From: Paenibacillaceae bacterium
GTDB lineage: Bacteria > Bacillota > Bacilli > Paenibacillales > UBA4045
Assembly (NCBI GenBank): GCA_040880185.1
Contig: JBBDIY010000058.1
Location: 8,046-72,045 of the forward strand
Reading direction: 5' to 3'
Length of the DNA stretch: 64,000 bases
The notes under the pieces are model-generated. The model was given only the letters and a program-made list of their open reading frames with translations. It ran no database searches and had not been told where the DNA came from. Both the position numbers and the translations under genes were made by a program. Shown in pieces: positions 8,643-18,295 of the stretch (the first letter of the stretch is position 1; each line of letters opens with the position of its first letter).

Positions 8643-10325
8643 ATGAAATGGTTTATTAATTTAAAAATTGGTGTAAAACTTATCATCGGCTTTATCACGG
8701 TAGCGATTATTGCTGGAGTAGTTGGAGTAACAGGAATATTAAATTTAAATACGATCAATTCTTCGTATAGCGAGATGTCGGAGAATAATATTAATGCTTC
8801 AAAATCGATAGGAAATGTAGCTGTGGGTTTCCAGAACTTTAAAGTATATGTGCGGGATATTATGGTAGATAAAGGTAGCAATGACCGTGGTAAATATGTA
8901 ACTAAGGTTGAAGAGTATGACGTTATCCTGGAAGATAATATGAAACTATTCGAAACAACCATAAGATCGGAGGAAATAAAGGCAGAATATAAAAATCTCC
9001 AAGAATTGATTGAGAAATGGATACCTATTCGAGAAGAAATGATTAGTCTCTCTTTATCTAATAAAGAGGATCAAGCGGTGCAAATATTGCGTGCGGAAGG
9101 AGTTCCACTCACATTAGCGGTTCAAAGTTCGATTGACAAATTAATAGAGTTAAACGAAGTTTATTCCGCCCATGCAAGCGATACAAATTCATCATCTGCC
9201 AACAGAAGTATTCTCATCATGGCCATTCTAGTTGTTCTCGGTATGGTTGTAGCTATTACTCTGGGGATCTATATTTCCAGAATCATAAGTAAGCCTGTTA
9301 GGGATCTGGTTGCAGTTTCGGAGAAAATGGCGTCAGGCGATTTGAATGTAGATGTCCAGATTAATTCTAAAGATGAGATAGGCGCTCTGAGCGTTGCATT
9401 CAGTACGATGGTGGACAGTATCAATGAGGTGCTTACCAATATCAATGTGTCCTCCGAACAGGTTGCTGCAGGTTCCAGACAAGTATCGGATTCAAGCCAG
9501 GCTCTATCTCATGGGACTACTGAGCAAGCCAGCTCCATAGAGCAATTAACGGCATCGATGGAAGAGATATCAGCTCAGACCAAGCAGAATGCGATCAACG
9601 CCAACCAAGCTAATGAGATATCGATTGCTGCGGTTGAGAATGCCACCCAAGGCAACAATCAAATGAAGGAAATGCTGAAAGCGATGGAAGAGATCAATGA
9701 TTCCTCAGCGAATATATCCAAAATTATTAAAGTCATTGATGAAATCGCTTTTCAAACCAATATCTTAGCATTGAATGCAGCCGTCGAAGCAGCGAGGGCA
9801 GGCCAGCACGGTAAGGGCTTCGCCGTAGTCGCTGAGGAGGTTAGAAACTTAGCAGCACGCAGCGCCAATGCCGCCAAGGAAACAACCGATATGATCGAAG
9901 GTTCCATCAAGAAGGTGGATGCAGGTACGAAGATTGCTACTGCCACAGCAGACGCTCTGAATAAAATCGTTGAAGGTGTAGCTAAGGCGAGCACGCTTGT
10001 TGCTAATATTGCGAATGCATCCAACGAGCAGGCAACAGGAATCTCACAGGTCAATCAAGGGATTGCGCTCGTATCCGAGGTAACTCAAACCAACTCAGCG
10101 ACTTCTGAAGAGAGTGCTGCTGCAAGCGAAGAGCTGTCCAGTCAAGCCGAATTATTGAAAGAAATGGTTGGGAAATTCAAGCTCAGACAGGGCGGACCAG
10201 CACCATCAATGTATGGTGGAGGACATGTAAGTACTGAAGCTGGAAAACATAGTTATTCGCAAGCTGCTGTCACAAAACCGAAAATTAAAATCGCCCTGGA
10301 TGATATGGAATTTGGGAAGTATTAG
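8643..10325 (+). CDS. Methyl-accepting chemotaxis protein (2 TM, 4-helix-bundle-type sensor, HAMP, MA domain)
   Basis: Signalling hairpin [38 protein letters not shown]. Start moved to ATG 8643 (AGGAGG RBS) rather than 8541, which overlaps cheW. Confidence 0.9.
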   Translation: MKWFINLKIGVKLIIGFITVAIIAGVVGVTGILNLNTINSSYSEMSENNINASKSIGNVAVGFQNFKVYVRDIMVDKGSNDRGKYVTKVEEYDVILEDNMKLFETTIRSEEIKAEYKNLQELIEKWIPIREEMISLSLSNKEDQAVQILRAEGVPLTLAVQSSIDKLIELNEVYSAHASDTNSSSANRSILIMAILVVLGMVVAITLGIYISRIISKPVRDLVAVSEKMASGDLNVDVQINSKDEIGALSVAFSTMVDSINEVLTNINVSSEQVAAGSRQVSDSSQALSHGTTEQASSIEQLTASMEEISAQTKQNAINANQANEISIAAVENATQGNNQMKEMLKAMEEINDSSANISKIIKVIDEIAFQTNILALNAAVEAARAGQHGKGFAVVAEEVRNLAARSANAAKETTDMIEGSIKKVDAGTKIATATADALNKIVEGVAKASTLVANIANASNEQATGISQVNQGIALVSEVTQTNSATSEESAAASEELSSQAELLKEMVGKFKLRQGGPAPSMYGGGHVSTEAGKHSYSQAAVTKPKIKIALDDMEFGKY

Positions 10326-11141
10326 ATGATTGCCATCACGGATTATGAATTTTCAAGGTTAGCGGAGTTAGTCAAGAGAAATTACGGGATTAACTTGGGG
10401 AAAGAGAAGAAGTCCCTGATGGTCGGCAGGCTGCATAACGTTCTAGTGCATAAGAACTTTGACAATTTCTCGGAATATTATGATTACATCGTAACCGATA
10501 ACACGGGGGACGCTCTTACGACACTGGTTGAGAAGCTTACGACGAATCACACGTATTTTATGCGTGAAGTTGAACATTTTAATTTTTTTCGAGATAAGGT
10601 ATTACCTAATATAATGAGAATAGAGACAAGCAGGGATTTGCGTATTTGGAGCGCTGGATGTTCTACGGGTGAAGAACCGTACACACTAGCCATGATTATC
10701 GCAGATATGTTCGGGTCCAATCAGGACGGATGGGAAACCAAAATTCTAGCAACCGATATATCCTCCAAAGTACTCGAAGCAGCTGCAAAAGGGGTATATC
10801 AAGATGAACAAATCACATCAATTCCAGTTGCTTGGAGGAATAAATATCTCAGAAAAGTCGATCATGACAAAAGTATGTTTATCGATCAGATGAGGAACCA
10901 AGTCATATTCAGACTATTTAATCTCATGAAGCCGACGTTCCCTTTCAAACGCAAATTTCATGCCATCTTCTGCCGGAATGTCATGATCTACTTCGACGCA
11001 GCAACAAAAAGGGCTTTAATTAACCGGTTTTATGAATGCATGGAACCCGGTGGATATTTATTCATTGGGCATTCAGAGTCAATAAGTCGCGATGATTCCA
11101 ATTATAAATATGTAATGCCATCGGTTTATAGAAAGGAGTAA
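10326..11141 (+). CDS. cheR: Chemotaxis protein methyltransferase CheR
   Basis: RIWSAGCSTGEEPYTLAM SAM-binding block. The start abuts the MCP stop (TAGATG). Confidence 0.9.
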   Translation: MIAITDYEFSRLAELVKRNYGINLGKEKKSLMVGRLHNVLVHKNFDNFSEYYDYIVTDNTGDALTTLVEKLTTNHTYFMREVEHFNFFRDKVLPNIMRIETSRDLRIWSAGCSTGEEPYTLAMIIADMFGSNQDGWETKILATDISSKVLEAAAKGVYQDEQITSIPVAWRNKYLRKVDHDKSMFIDQMRNQVIFRLFNLMKPTFPFKRKFHAIFCRNVMIYFDAATKRALINRFYECMEPGGYLFIGHSESISRDDSNYKYVMPSVYRKE

Positions 11142-11148
11142 ACCTGAA

Positions 11149-12186
11149 GTGAATCCACGAAGAAAAATTAGAGTGTTGGTTGTGGATGATTCACTACTGT
11201 TTAGAGAATCGTTGGCAATAGGTATCTCAGCAGATCCAACTATCGAAGTGATTGCCACGGCCGCAGACCCTTTCATCGCGAGAGACCGAATTATTGAATA
11301 TGAGCCGGACGTTATGACGCTAGATGTGGAGATGCCCAAGATGAATGGGATTGAGTTTTTGCGCAGGCTGATGCCCCAATACCCCATTCCTGTAGTTGTA
11401 GTAAGCTCACTTAGTGAGAATGTATTTGACGCTTTGAATGCGGGTGCGGTCGAGTTCGTCACCAAGCCCGATTCAAGGACTGAGCGTGGGATGGCCTATT
11501 TCATCAATGAACTAACGATTAAGATTAAAGTTGCATCAGTAGCGAATGTGTCAGAATGGAAAGCGAATGTAACCAGCAGCAGCTTGGGTGGAGAAAGGGT
11601 TAATTCGGATTCGAACATCAAGGTGATCGCCATGGGTGCCTCTACTGGGGGAACGGAAGCTACATACCAACTCTTAAAATCTTTCTCCAGAGATATACCG
11701 GGTATCGTTATTGTGCAGCACATGCCTCCCATATTCACGAGAATGTTCGCTGAACGGTTAAATAATAAAACGCTATTAGAGGTCAAGGAAGCTGAGGATG
11801 GGGATAAGCTTTATCCGGGTCGCGTGCTAATCGCTGCAGGTAATACTCATATGAAACTTAGGAAAACAGGGGGCACTTATGCTGTTGAATGTTACCCGGG
11901 TGAGAAAGTAAGCGGGCATTGCCCTTCAGTGGATGTGCTTTTCGAATCCGTTGCTGAGGCAGCCGGTACGAATGGGATGGGTGTAATCCTGACGGGTATG
12001 GGCAGCGATGGTGCCAAAGGGCTTCTCTCAATGAGGAGAAGAGGGGCGAGGACGATTGGACAGGATGAAGGTTCATCGATCGTGTATGGTATGCCCAAGG
12101 CTGCTTATACATTAGGTGCAGTTGAGATACAAGCTTCATTGGGTACGATGCCACAAGTTATATATTCTATTGTCAATGGACGATAA
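11149..12186 (+). CDS. cheB: Protein-glutamate methylesterase/deamidase CheB (REC + methylesterase)
   Basis: VLVVDDSLLFRE...DVMTLDVEMPKMNG receiver. Esterase blocks GASTGGTEA, VQHMPP, GMGSDGAKGL. GTG start with AAGGAG RBS. Confidence 0.9.
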   Translation: MNPRRKIRVLVVDDSLLFRESLAIGISADPTIEVIATAADPFIARDRIIEYEPDVMTLDVEMPKMNGIEFLRRLMPQYPIPVVVVSSLSENVFDALNAGAVEFVTKPDSRTERGMAYFINELTIKIKVASVANVSEWKANVTSSSLGGERVNSDSNIKVIAMGASTGGTEATYQLLKSFSRDIPGIVIVQHMPPIFTRMFAERLNNKTLLEVKEAEDGDKLYPGRVLIAAGNTHMKLRKTGGTYAVECYPGEKVSGHCPSVDVLFESVAEAAGTNGMGVILTGMGSDGAKGLLSMRRRGARTIGQDEGSSIVYGMPKAAYTLGAVEIQASLGTMPQVIYSIVNGR

Positions 12187-12190
12187 GGTG

Positions 12191-12664
12191 ATGAACCGAA
12201 TAGTTGGCATTGGACAATTTATAATCTCTAACCAGCAGACGGATGTATTGAAAACATATGCACTTGCTTCATGTATAGGAATAACGATGTATAGTCCTTC
12301 CAACAAAGTCTTAGGGATGGCACATATCGCTCTCCCTTTTTCTTCTATACATGATAGAGGTAACCAAGACCAACCTGCTTACTTTGCAGATAAAGCCATC
12401 CCATTGCTACTAATGGGGATGGAGACAGATTACGGATGCACAAGAAGCGAATGGATCATCAATCTTTATGGAGGTGCACAATCCATTCGAACAACGGACT
12501 TTTTTCAGATTGGTTCGAGAAATCTTGACGCCGTTAAATCAATCCTGATCGCAAACCAGCTCTCATTCGATGCATCCGAAACGGAAGGTACAAGGAGTAG
12601 AACGATTGAAATGGATGTCTTAACAGGTAAGGCCAGAATAATTCCACATCCATTAATTATCTAG
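12191..12664 (+). CDS. cheD: Chemoreceptor glutamine deamidase CheD
   Basis: MNRIVGIGQFIIS...LASCIGITMYS...GMAHIALP is typical of CheD. Start taken at ATG 12191, just after the cheB stop, not the track's 12116. Confidence 0.85.
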   Translation: MNRIVGIGQFIISNQQTDVLKTYALASCIGITMYSPSNKVLGMAHIALPFSSIHDRGNQDQPAYFADKAIPLLLMGMETDYGCTRSEWIINLYGGAQSIRTTDFFQIGSRNLDAVKSILIANQLSFDASETEGTRSRTIEMDVLTGKARIIPHPLII

Positions 12665-12683
12665 TAGATATTAATCTAAGTTA

Positions 12684-13439
12684 CTAGGAAAGCAAACTTT
12701 GAAGCTTAACTTGAACTTCGATGCGAGTTCCTTTACCGATTTCCGATAGGATGGAGAAGGTCCCGCCTATAGATTCAGCTCTCTCTTTCATATCGTACAA
12801 TCCCAATCCTGATGTTTTGCTTTTCGTCCCGGTTTGGAACCCAGTACCTTCATCTGCCACAATAAGTAGAAGCTGATCTGGCAAATTTGTGATTTGAACG
12901 TCCACCCGACTCGTTTCTGCATATTTCGCAGTATTAGTAAGCGCCTCCTGAGTAATCCGGTAGAGAGCCGTTTCGATGTTCTGCGGATAGCGATTATGTT
13001 TACCAATTATCTGGAAATTGGTGTGTATACCGAACGTTCGCTCATACTTGTCCAGATAGGAACGGATCGCAGGGATTAGACCCAAGTTATCCAATGTCGC
13101 GGGTCGCAGCTCAGTTGCCAGCCGTTTCACTTCATCCAGGGCTTTGTCAGTCATTTTCTCCATTTCTAGCAAATGATCTCGGAATGAATGTTCTATCTTC
13201 AGGTTTTTCATAATTTTCAACCCAACAAGTACACTGTAAAGCGCCTGACCAATGCTATCGTGTAATTCGTGGGATATGCGTTTGCGTTCTTCCTCTTGGG
13301 CCTCAATCAGCTTATTCCTCGTTGATTGTTGCATCTTCTGAAAATTCATATATTGCTTCCTGGAATAAAGGAGATAGGTTATAAAAACGATTAAAAAGAT
13401 TAATAAATTTAGGAGACATAGTACAAATACTTGATCCAA
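12684..13439 (-). CDS. Sensor histidine kinase, HisKA_3/NarL-partner type, single TM and no obvious sensor domain
   Basis: H-box EEERKRISHELHDSIGQ. HATPase_c blocks ITQEALTNTAKYA, DEGTGF, GLGLYDMKERAESIGG. Confidence 0.85.
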   Translation of the reverse strand: MDQVFVLCLLNLLIFLIVFITYLLYSRKQYMNFQKMQQSTRNKLIEAQEEERKRISHELHDSIGQALYSVLVGLKIMKNLKIEHSFRDHLLEMEKMTDKALDEVKRLATELRPATLDNLGLIPAIRSYLDKYERTFGIHTNFQIIGKHNRYPQNIETALYRITQEALTNTAKYAETSRVDVQITNLPDQLLLIVADEGTGFQTGTKSKTSGLGLYDMKERAESIGGTFSILSEIGKGTRIEVQVKLQSLLS

Positions 13440-13462
13440 TAGATCATATCTCCTTTCTATGA

Positions 13463-14119
13463 TTAAGAGTCCAGATAGCCTTGTTTAATAGCATAACTGA
13501 CCAGCTCAGCACGAGTTCTCAGCTCAAGCTTTTCCATAATCTTCGATTTGTGAGCTTCGACGGTTTTAATGGATATGAACAGAAGATCAGCAATTTCCTT
13601 GTTGGAGTGCCCTTTTGCGATAAGCGGTACAACCTCACACTCACGCGTGGTCAATCCATTCAGTAGCTCCGCGCCCTTTGGAGTGGCAGTACTTGGGTGG
13701 AGTAATTCCTGGATGATCATTTTGGTGGCTTGAGGAGATAAATAGGCTTCCTTTTTGGAAACTATTCGGATAGCATCAATGATTTCTGCTTCTTGAGAAT
13801 TTTTCAATATGTATCCTGAAGCCCCTGCTTTTAAGAAGCTAAACAAATATTCCTGATCTTCATGCATCGTAAGCACCAGAATTTCCACATCAGGTAAGGC
13901 TTTCTTGAGCCGGGTAGTAGCACTAAGGCCGTCCTCGCCTGGCGGCATGTTCAGATCCATAATAACGATATCAGGCTTTAATTCCAAGGATTTGTCATAA
14001 GCTTCCTTGCCATCATTGGCGGTTGCGACTACTTCCATATCTTTCTCAGCATTGATGAGCATAGACAGCCCTGCACGAATGACGGCATGATCGTCTGCAA
14101 TTAGGACTTTACTCTTCAA
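13463..14119 (-). CDS. NarL/LuxR-family response regulator
   Basis: REC (VLIADDHAVIRAGL...DIVIMDLNMP) plus LuxR HTH (LTTRECEVVPLIAKGHSNKEIADLLFISIKTVEAHKSKI). A TTG start at 14119 follows GAGGTGGGAG. The track ORF extends to ATG 14152. Confidence 0.85.
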   Translation of the reverse strand: MKSKVLIADDHAVIRAGLSMLINAEKDMEVVATANDGKEAYDKSLELKPDIVIMDLNMPPGEDGLSATTRLKKALPDVEILVLTMHEDQEYLFSFLKAGASGYILKNSQEAEIIDAIRIVSKKEAYLSPQATKMIIQELLHPSTATPKGAELLNGLTTRECEVVPLIAKGHSNKEIADLLFISIKTVEAHKSKIMEKLELRTRAELVSYAIKQGYLDS

Positions 14120-14214
14120 GGTTCTCTCCCACCTCACATCTACATATAGCATTCATACATAAATCACAAATTTGAATATGATGCAATAGTACTATATATA
14201 CAGTACATTATATA

Positions 14215-16608
14215 GTGAAATATGACCATTACCAAATGCATAATATTCATGATTCTGTGTATTTACATACTTTATGCTTAAATAATGGACGGTGCTACAG
14301 AATGCTGATTATACCTTCACAATGGTTTTTACCGGCACATACTTCTTTGGAAATTCTCTCTGTATTTTTTTCGTTTATTGTATTTCTGCTCGGTTGGAGT
14401 GCCTATACGCCGGACCGCCCCCGCAATATGATCTTCTTGTCCTGTTCTTTCCTAAGCGTGGGATTGCTTGACTTTCTTCACACGATGTCCTATGAAGGAA
14501 TGCCCCTGTTCGTTACCTCAAACAACACACATAAGGCGATTGTTTTCTGGCTTGCTGCTCGGCTTGTTGCTACATTCACGTTGCTTATAGTTGTGTTATT
14601 ATCTTGGAAGCGGTTCCAACACAGTCATTCGCGTTACTACAGCTTGTTTGCTAGTCTTAGTTTGTGTGTGTTGTTGGCATGGGTCGGTCTCTTCCGAGCG
14701 GATTGGATACCTAAGACCTACATTGTGGGGTACGGACTGACTCCCTTCAAGATTGGAATGGAAGTGGCTATCTTAGTTGTACTCCTGTTTATTATGGCTA
14801 TCCTCCTTACTGGTTTTCGGATCATCGAGGGTATCCATAAGTGGAGTTTGATTATTGCGATATGCTTTATGATCCTAAGTGGGCCGTGTTTTATTTTCTA
14901 TAATCACATTACAGATCTAATGAATTTCGTAGGGCATCTGCTCAAGGCTATCGCTTACTATTTCATCTATCAGGCTATATTGAAGGATAGCGTGCACGTT
15001 CCCTACGCTAAATTGGTGCAAACAGATAAGGAACTGATCGAAACTAGGGAGAAATTCGCCGCAACGATTCATTGTATGCAAGAGGCTGTTATTATCTCCG
15101 GTGTATCGGGTCAGATAGAGCTTATCAACCCCAGTGCTCAGCGGATAACACAATGGTCTGAAGCAGAAGCGCTTGGGAAGAAATCAGAAATGGTCGTGCA
15201 GGTAGCGAAACCCGATGGAGAAACTGATCTTATATTGACGACCAGGCAGGGTATCAGAGTGCCAATCGAGTTTTCCACATCTCCAATCATTGACGACAAT
15301 GGATATCATTTAGGGATTACTTACATGATTCGCGATATTACTGAACAAATTGAATCGGGGAAAATACAAGCTCGAATGAATGCCATCCTTGAGCAGGCGA
15401 CCAACTTTATATCGATCACAAATTCGAGAGGGGAAATCCTTTATTGCAACGAGGCTGCCCGCAACATTCTTGGAATTGAATCGCAACGCCCGCTTTACAG
15501 TACTGCCGTACAAGCCTATCCCGAATGGGCTTGGGATCTTGTGCTAAACCAAGCTGTGCCTACGGCTGTTCAAGATGGTTTGTGGCATGGTGAGACCGTA
15601 TTGTTGGACAAGAATGGAAAGCAATTCCCTGTGTCACAAACGATTGTGACTCACAAAAATAGAGATGGACAAGTCGAATTTTTCTCCACAATTAGTCATG
15701 ATATTACAGAGCACAAGCAGGCCGAACAACGGGATAAGCTCTCCGCTAAATTATTCGAGTCCGCAAGCGAAGGATTTATGATCACTGATGCCCAACATAT
15801 CATTCTTCAAGTCAACCCTGCCTTTGTTACTATAACGGGATATGAGGAAGACGAGGTGCTGGGGAATACTCCACGAATTCTGAGCTCAGGCTGGCATAAG
15901 CAGGAGTTTTACGCAGGGATGTGGAAAAGTATTCAGGAGACGAGTCGTTGGTCTGGACAGATATGGAATAAACATAAGAACGGCGAATATTATCTCGAAG
16001 AAATTACGATCAGTGAAGTGAATGACCAAACATCTGATTATGCGTATTATGTTGCTGTTTTTAAAGATATTACTGAGGAGAAGCAACTTGAAGCTAAACT
16101 GTTTCATCAAGCATCGCATGACATTCTGACCGATCTGCCGAACCGATCAACACTTTCCGAACGTTTCGAGCAAGCCATGCAATACGTGCAACATCACAAG
16201 CTTATCATCTGTGTTCTATATCTCAATATAGATAATTTGAAGCTGATTAACGAAACATTCGGACACAGTGTAGGTGATCAGCTGTTGAAATCGATTGCAG
16301 AACAACTGAAATTTAATGCACGCGCTAGCAGCACGGTTGCTCGAATCGGCGGGGACGAATTTGTGATCCTTCTGCCCGACCTGCGTCACCAAGAAGACTA
16401 TATGCGAGTCGCTGACAAGACTTGTGAGGTCATGTCAGTGCCATTTGACATAGTCAGTCCGCCAATAGATGTCGCATTCAGCATCGGTATCTGCTTCTAC
16501 CCCGACCATGGTGATACGCTGGATGCCTTGATTAAGAATGCCAATCATGCCATGCAAAAGGCGAAACAAATAGGACCGAATCAATATCAGCTATTCCATA
16601 CGACGTAA
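14215..16608 (+). CDS. Membrane-anchored PAS/PAS/PAS-GGDEF diguanylate cyclase (MASE3-like N-terminal membrane domain)
   Basis: About 7 TM helices, then three PAS-like segments, then GGDEF with an intact RIGGDEF active site. No RxxD I-site 5 aa upstream (RASS instead). No EAL domain. The true start may be ATG 14302. Confidence 0.85.
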   Translation: MKYDHYQMHNIHDSVYLHTLCLNNGRCYRMLIIPSQWFLPAHTSLEILSVFFSFIVFLLGWSAYTPDRPRNMIFLSCSFLSVGLLDFLHTMSYEGMPLFVTSNNTHKAIVFWLAARLVATFTLLIVVLLSWKRFQHSHSRYYSLFASLSLCVLLAWVGLFRADWIPKTYIVGYGLTPFKIGMEVAILVVLLFIMAILLTGFRIIEGIHKWSLIIAICFMILSGPCFIFYNHITDLMNFVGHLLKAIAYYFIYQAILKDSVHVPYAKLVQTDKELIETREKFAATIHCMQEAVIISGVSGQIELINPSAQRITQWSEAEALGKKSEMVVQVAKPDGETDLILTTRQGIRVPIEFSTSPIIDDNGYHLGITYMIRDITEQIESGKIQARMNAILEQATNFISITNSRGEILYCNEAARNILGIESQRPLYSTAVQAYPEWAWDLVLNQAVPTAVQDGLWHGETVLLDKNGKQFPVSQTIVTHKNRDGQVEFFSTISHDITEHKQAEQRDKLSAKLFESASEGFMITDAQHIILQVNPAFVTITGYEEDEVLGNTPRILSSGWHKQEFYAGMWKSIQETSRWSGQIWNKHKNGEYYLEEITISEVNDQTSDYAYYVAVFKDITEEKQLEAKLFHQASHDILTDLPNRSTLSERFEQAMQYVQHHKLIICVLYLNIDNLKLINETFGHSVGDQLLKSIAEQLKFNARASSTVARIGGDEFVILLPDLRHQEDYMRVADKTCEVMSVPFDIVSPPIDVAFSIGICFYPDHGDTLDALIKNANHAMQKAKQIGPNQYQLFHTT

Positions 16609-16650
16609 TCAGTTTTATCCACTAATCCTACAAATTCTGCCACTAAATCC

Positions 16651-16872
16651 TTACCAGTTAATTAGATATTTCACTGCGCCACAAGCACTCGTAAACGTGA
16701 GCTCGATGTACCGATCATAGGAAGGCTCGTCCCAATAGGCAGGTGCTTCGAGCTCATGCTTACGAATAAACTTCTGGATAGCATCTGTTAGTGACGAACC
16801 CAGTATAATATGGTCCTTCTCTCTATAGCCTGTTATCGTACAATGGATAAGATCGAATTTATATTTAATCAA
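16651..16872 (-). CDS. Hypothetical 73-aa protein, last gene of the CheY-like/CheX-like operon
   Basis: ORF 26 nt downstream of the preceding gene on the same strand. No recognisable domain. Confidence 0.5.
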   Translation of the reverse strand: MIKYKFDLIHCTITGYREKDHIILGSSLTDAIQKFIRKHELEAPAYWDEPSYDRYIELTFTSACGAVKYLINW

Positions 16873-16898
16873 AGTTTAATTCTCCTATTAGCCTGTTC

Positions 16899-17807
16899 TT
16901 AAGCATCGAGATTTGATAGATCAGTAATCAATAGATCAAAGCTGAAGTCAGGTCCAATTACTTGGATAACCGACTTGACGGTTGAGCTTGTTCCGAATTC
17001 AGAACCACGCTTGACCTTCTGTGGAAGCAAATTGAGTTCCACACCCTGATTCGAACGATTGACCAAATATATACCGTTGTTTAAATTGAGGAATTCGCCA
17101 ATCGCGGCTTCCATCATTTCCCCTGGAGCGTCCACGTTCTCTTGTGCATATATGGAAGCAAATCGGAGGAAGGCTTGCTCTGTGCCGGCCATAGCAGTTA
17201 TTCGCTCTACCGTATAGTCTTCGCTTTGAATCGATTGCAGGGCAACCCAATCATAAGCCTGTGAATCACTAGTCTGTCCAATCTCCATCCGAATATCACT
17301 ATCGATGAATCGAATCAAATTCTTAGCGAACAGACTCATGTAATCCACGAGTACGGAATCCGCCGAAATGCCAGCCTTTAATAATTCAGCCTCTAGTAGT
17401 GCCTCGATATCGCCATTCACAATCGCTTGGAACTGCTCGTTGGATAAGCTATTCTCTTGCTTGTATTGAGACAATGCCCTTGAGAAGGCTTCGTATCTCA
17501 TGATTTCATGATCAATTAGTGCTTGTCCGAGTGCAAGATGTGCGCTTGGTTGTGCGGATAATAGTTCATCTATGATATCTTCTTGAATAAACCCGAGATC
17601 TACAGCAATTTCACCGAATCGTTTATCCATTCGAGTCTGAGCTTGGTGAACAGCCTCAACCTGCTCAGCAGTCATGAATCCACGGTTAATCGCAAGCACA
17701 CCGAGCTTAACTCGAGTATCCTTCTGGGCGATTAAAGCTTTCTCAAGCTCGTTAGATGTAATTAAGTCTTGATTGAGCAGGAATTGGCCAAAGTATTGTG
17801 CGAACAT
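16899..17807 (-). CDS. Fusion protein: four tandem MshEN/T2SSE_N-type 24-residue motifs (putative c-di-GMP binding) plus a C-terminal CheX-like CheY-P phosphatase domain
   Basis: Residues 5-115 are 4 x (24-aa motif + 5-aa spacer) fitting RLGxxLLxxGLIxxxxLxxxLxxQ. The C-terminus has AIGEFLNLNNG...P, a CheC/CheX E-x2-N signature. The ATG overlaps the upstream stop (TAATG). Confidence 0.65.
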   Translation of the reverse strand: MFAQYFGQFLLNQDLITSNELEKALIAQKDTRVKLGVLAINRGFMTAEQVEAVHQAQTRMDKRFGEIAVDLGFIQEDIIDELLSAQPSAHLALGQALIDHEIMRYEAFSRALSQYKQENSLSNEQFQAIVNGDIEALLEAELLKAGISADSVLVDYMSLFAKNLIRFIDSDIRMEIGQTSDSQAYDWVALQSIQSEDYTVERITAMAGTEQAFLRFASIYAQENVDAPGEMMEAAIGEFLNLNNGIYLVNRSNQGVELNLLPQKVKRGSEFGTSSTVKSVIQVIGPDFSFDLLITDLSNLDA

Positions 17808-18169
17808 TAGCAGTCACCTCGTAGATTGTGGATTTTGTTCATGATATCCAAGATAGCATCAATCTGTACCGGTTTTTGTAGAAAATTCTCCGCACCAAGC
17901 TTGATCGCCTTCATTAAGTTACCTTGTGTACCTACTGAAGATGCGATAACCACATGGATGTTGGGGTTATTCTGTTTGATTTCCTGAAGAGCCTCTAGAC
18001 CATCCTTCTTCGGCATCGTGATATCGAGCAATACAAGATCAGGATTCTCCTTTAAACAAAGAGCAACTGCTTCTTCTCCATCGGCTGCCTCGTACAATAA
18101 CTCACGTAGTAGCCGCTTCACGGCCAATGTGTTGCATTGTATCCTCATTCTACCATATCCCCCCGTCAT
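17807..18169 (-). CDS. CheY-like single-domain receiver with degenerate N-terminus (acidic DD pair absent)
   Basis: Retains DLVLLDITMPKKDG (phospho-Asp), VVIASS (T/S) and FLQKP (Lys). Beta1 reads MRIQCNTLA instead of ILIVDDS, and the beta2 segment is missing. The start may be ATG 18148. Confidence 0.7.
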   Translation of the reverse strand: MTGGYGRMRIQCNTLAVKRLLRELLYEAADGEEAVALCLKENPDLVLLDITMPKKDGLEALQEIKQNNPNIHVVIASSVGTQGNLMKAIKLGAENFLQKPVQIDAILDIMNKIHNLRGDC

Positions 18170-18295
18170 TATTCGACAATTACCAGGTTATAATCTTGAA
18201 TTGACATTAAATTACGTAACGAATATATTTAGGTTACCTAATTAATAGGTATCCAATCTAATTTAGAGCATATATTTTAAGGAAATTGAGATTTC

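Noticed and set aside
12116-12190. Upstream extension of the cheD ORF
   Set aside because: It lies inside cheB. CheD family proteins begin like MNRIVGIG, which starts at 12191 just after the cheB stop.
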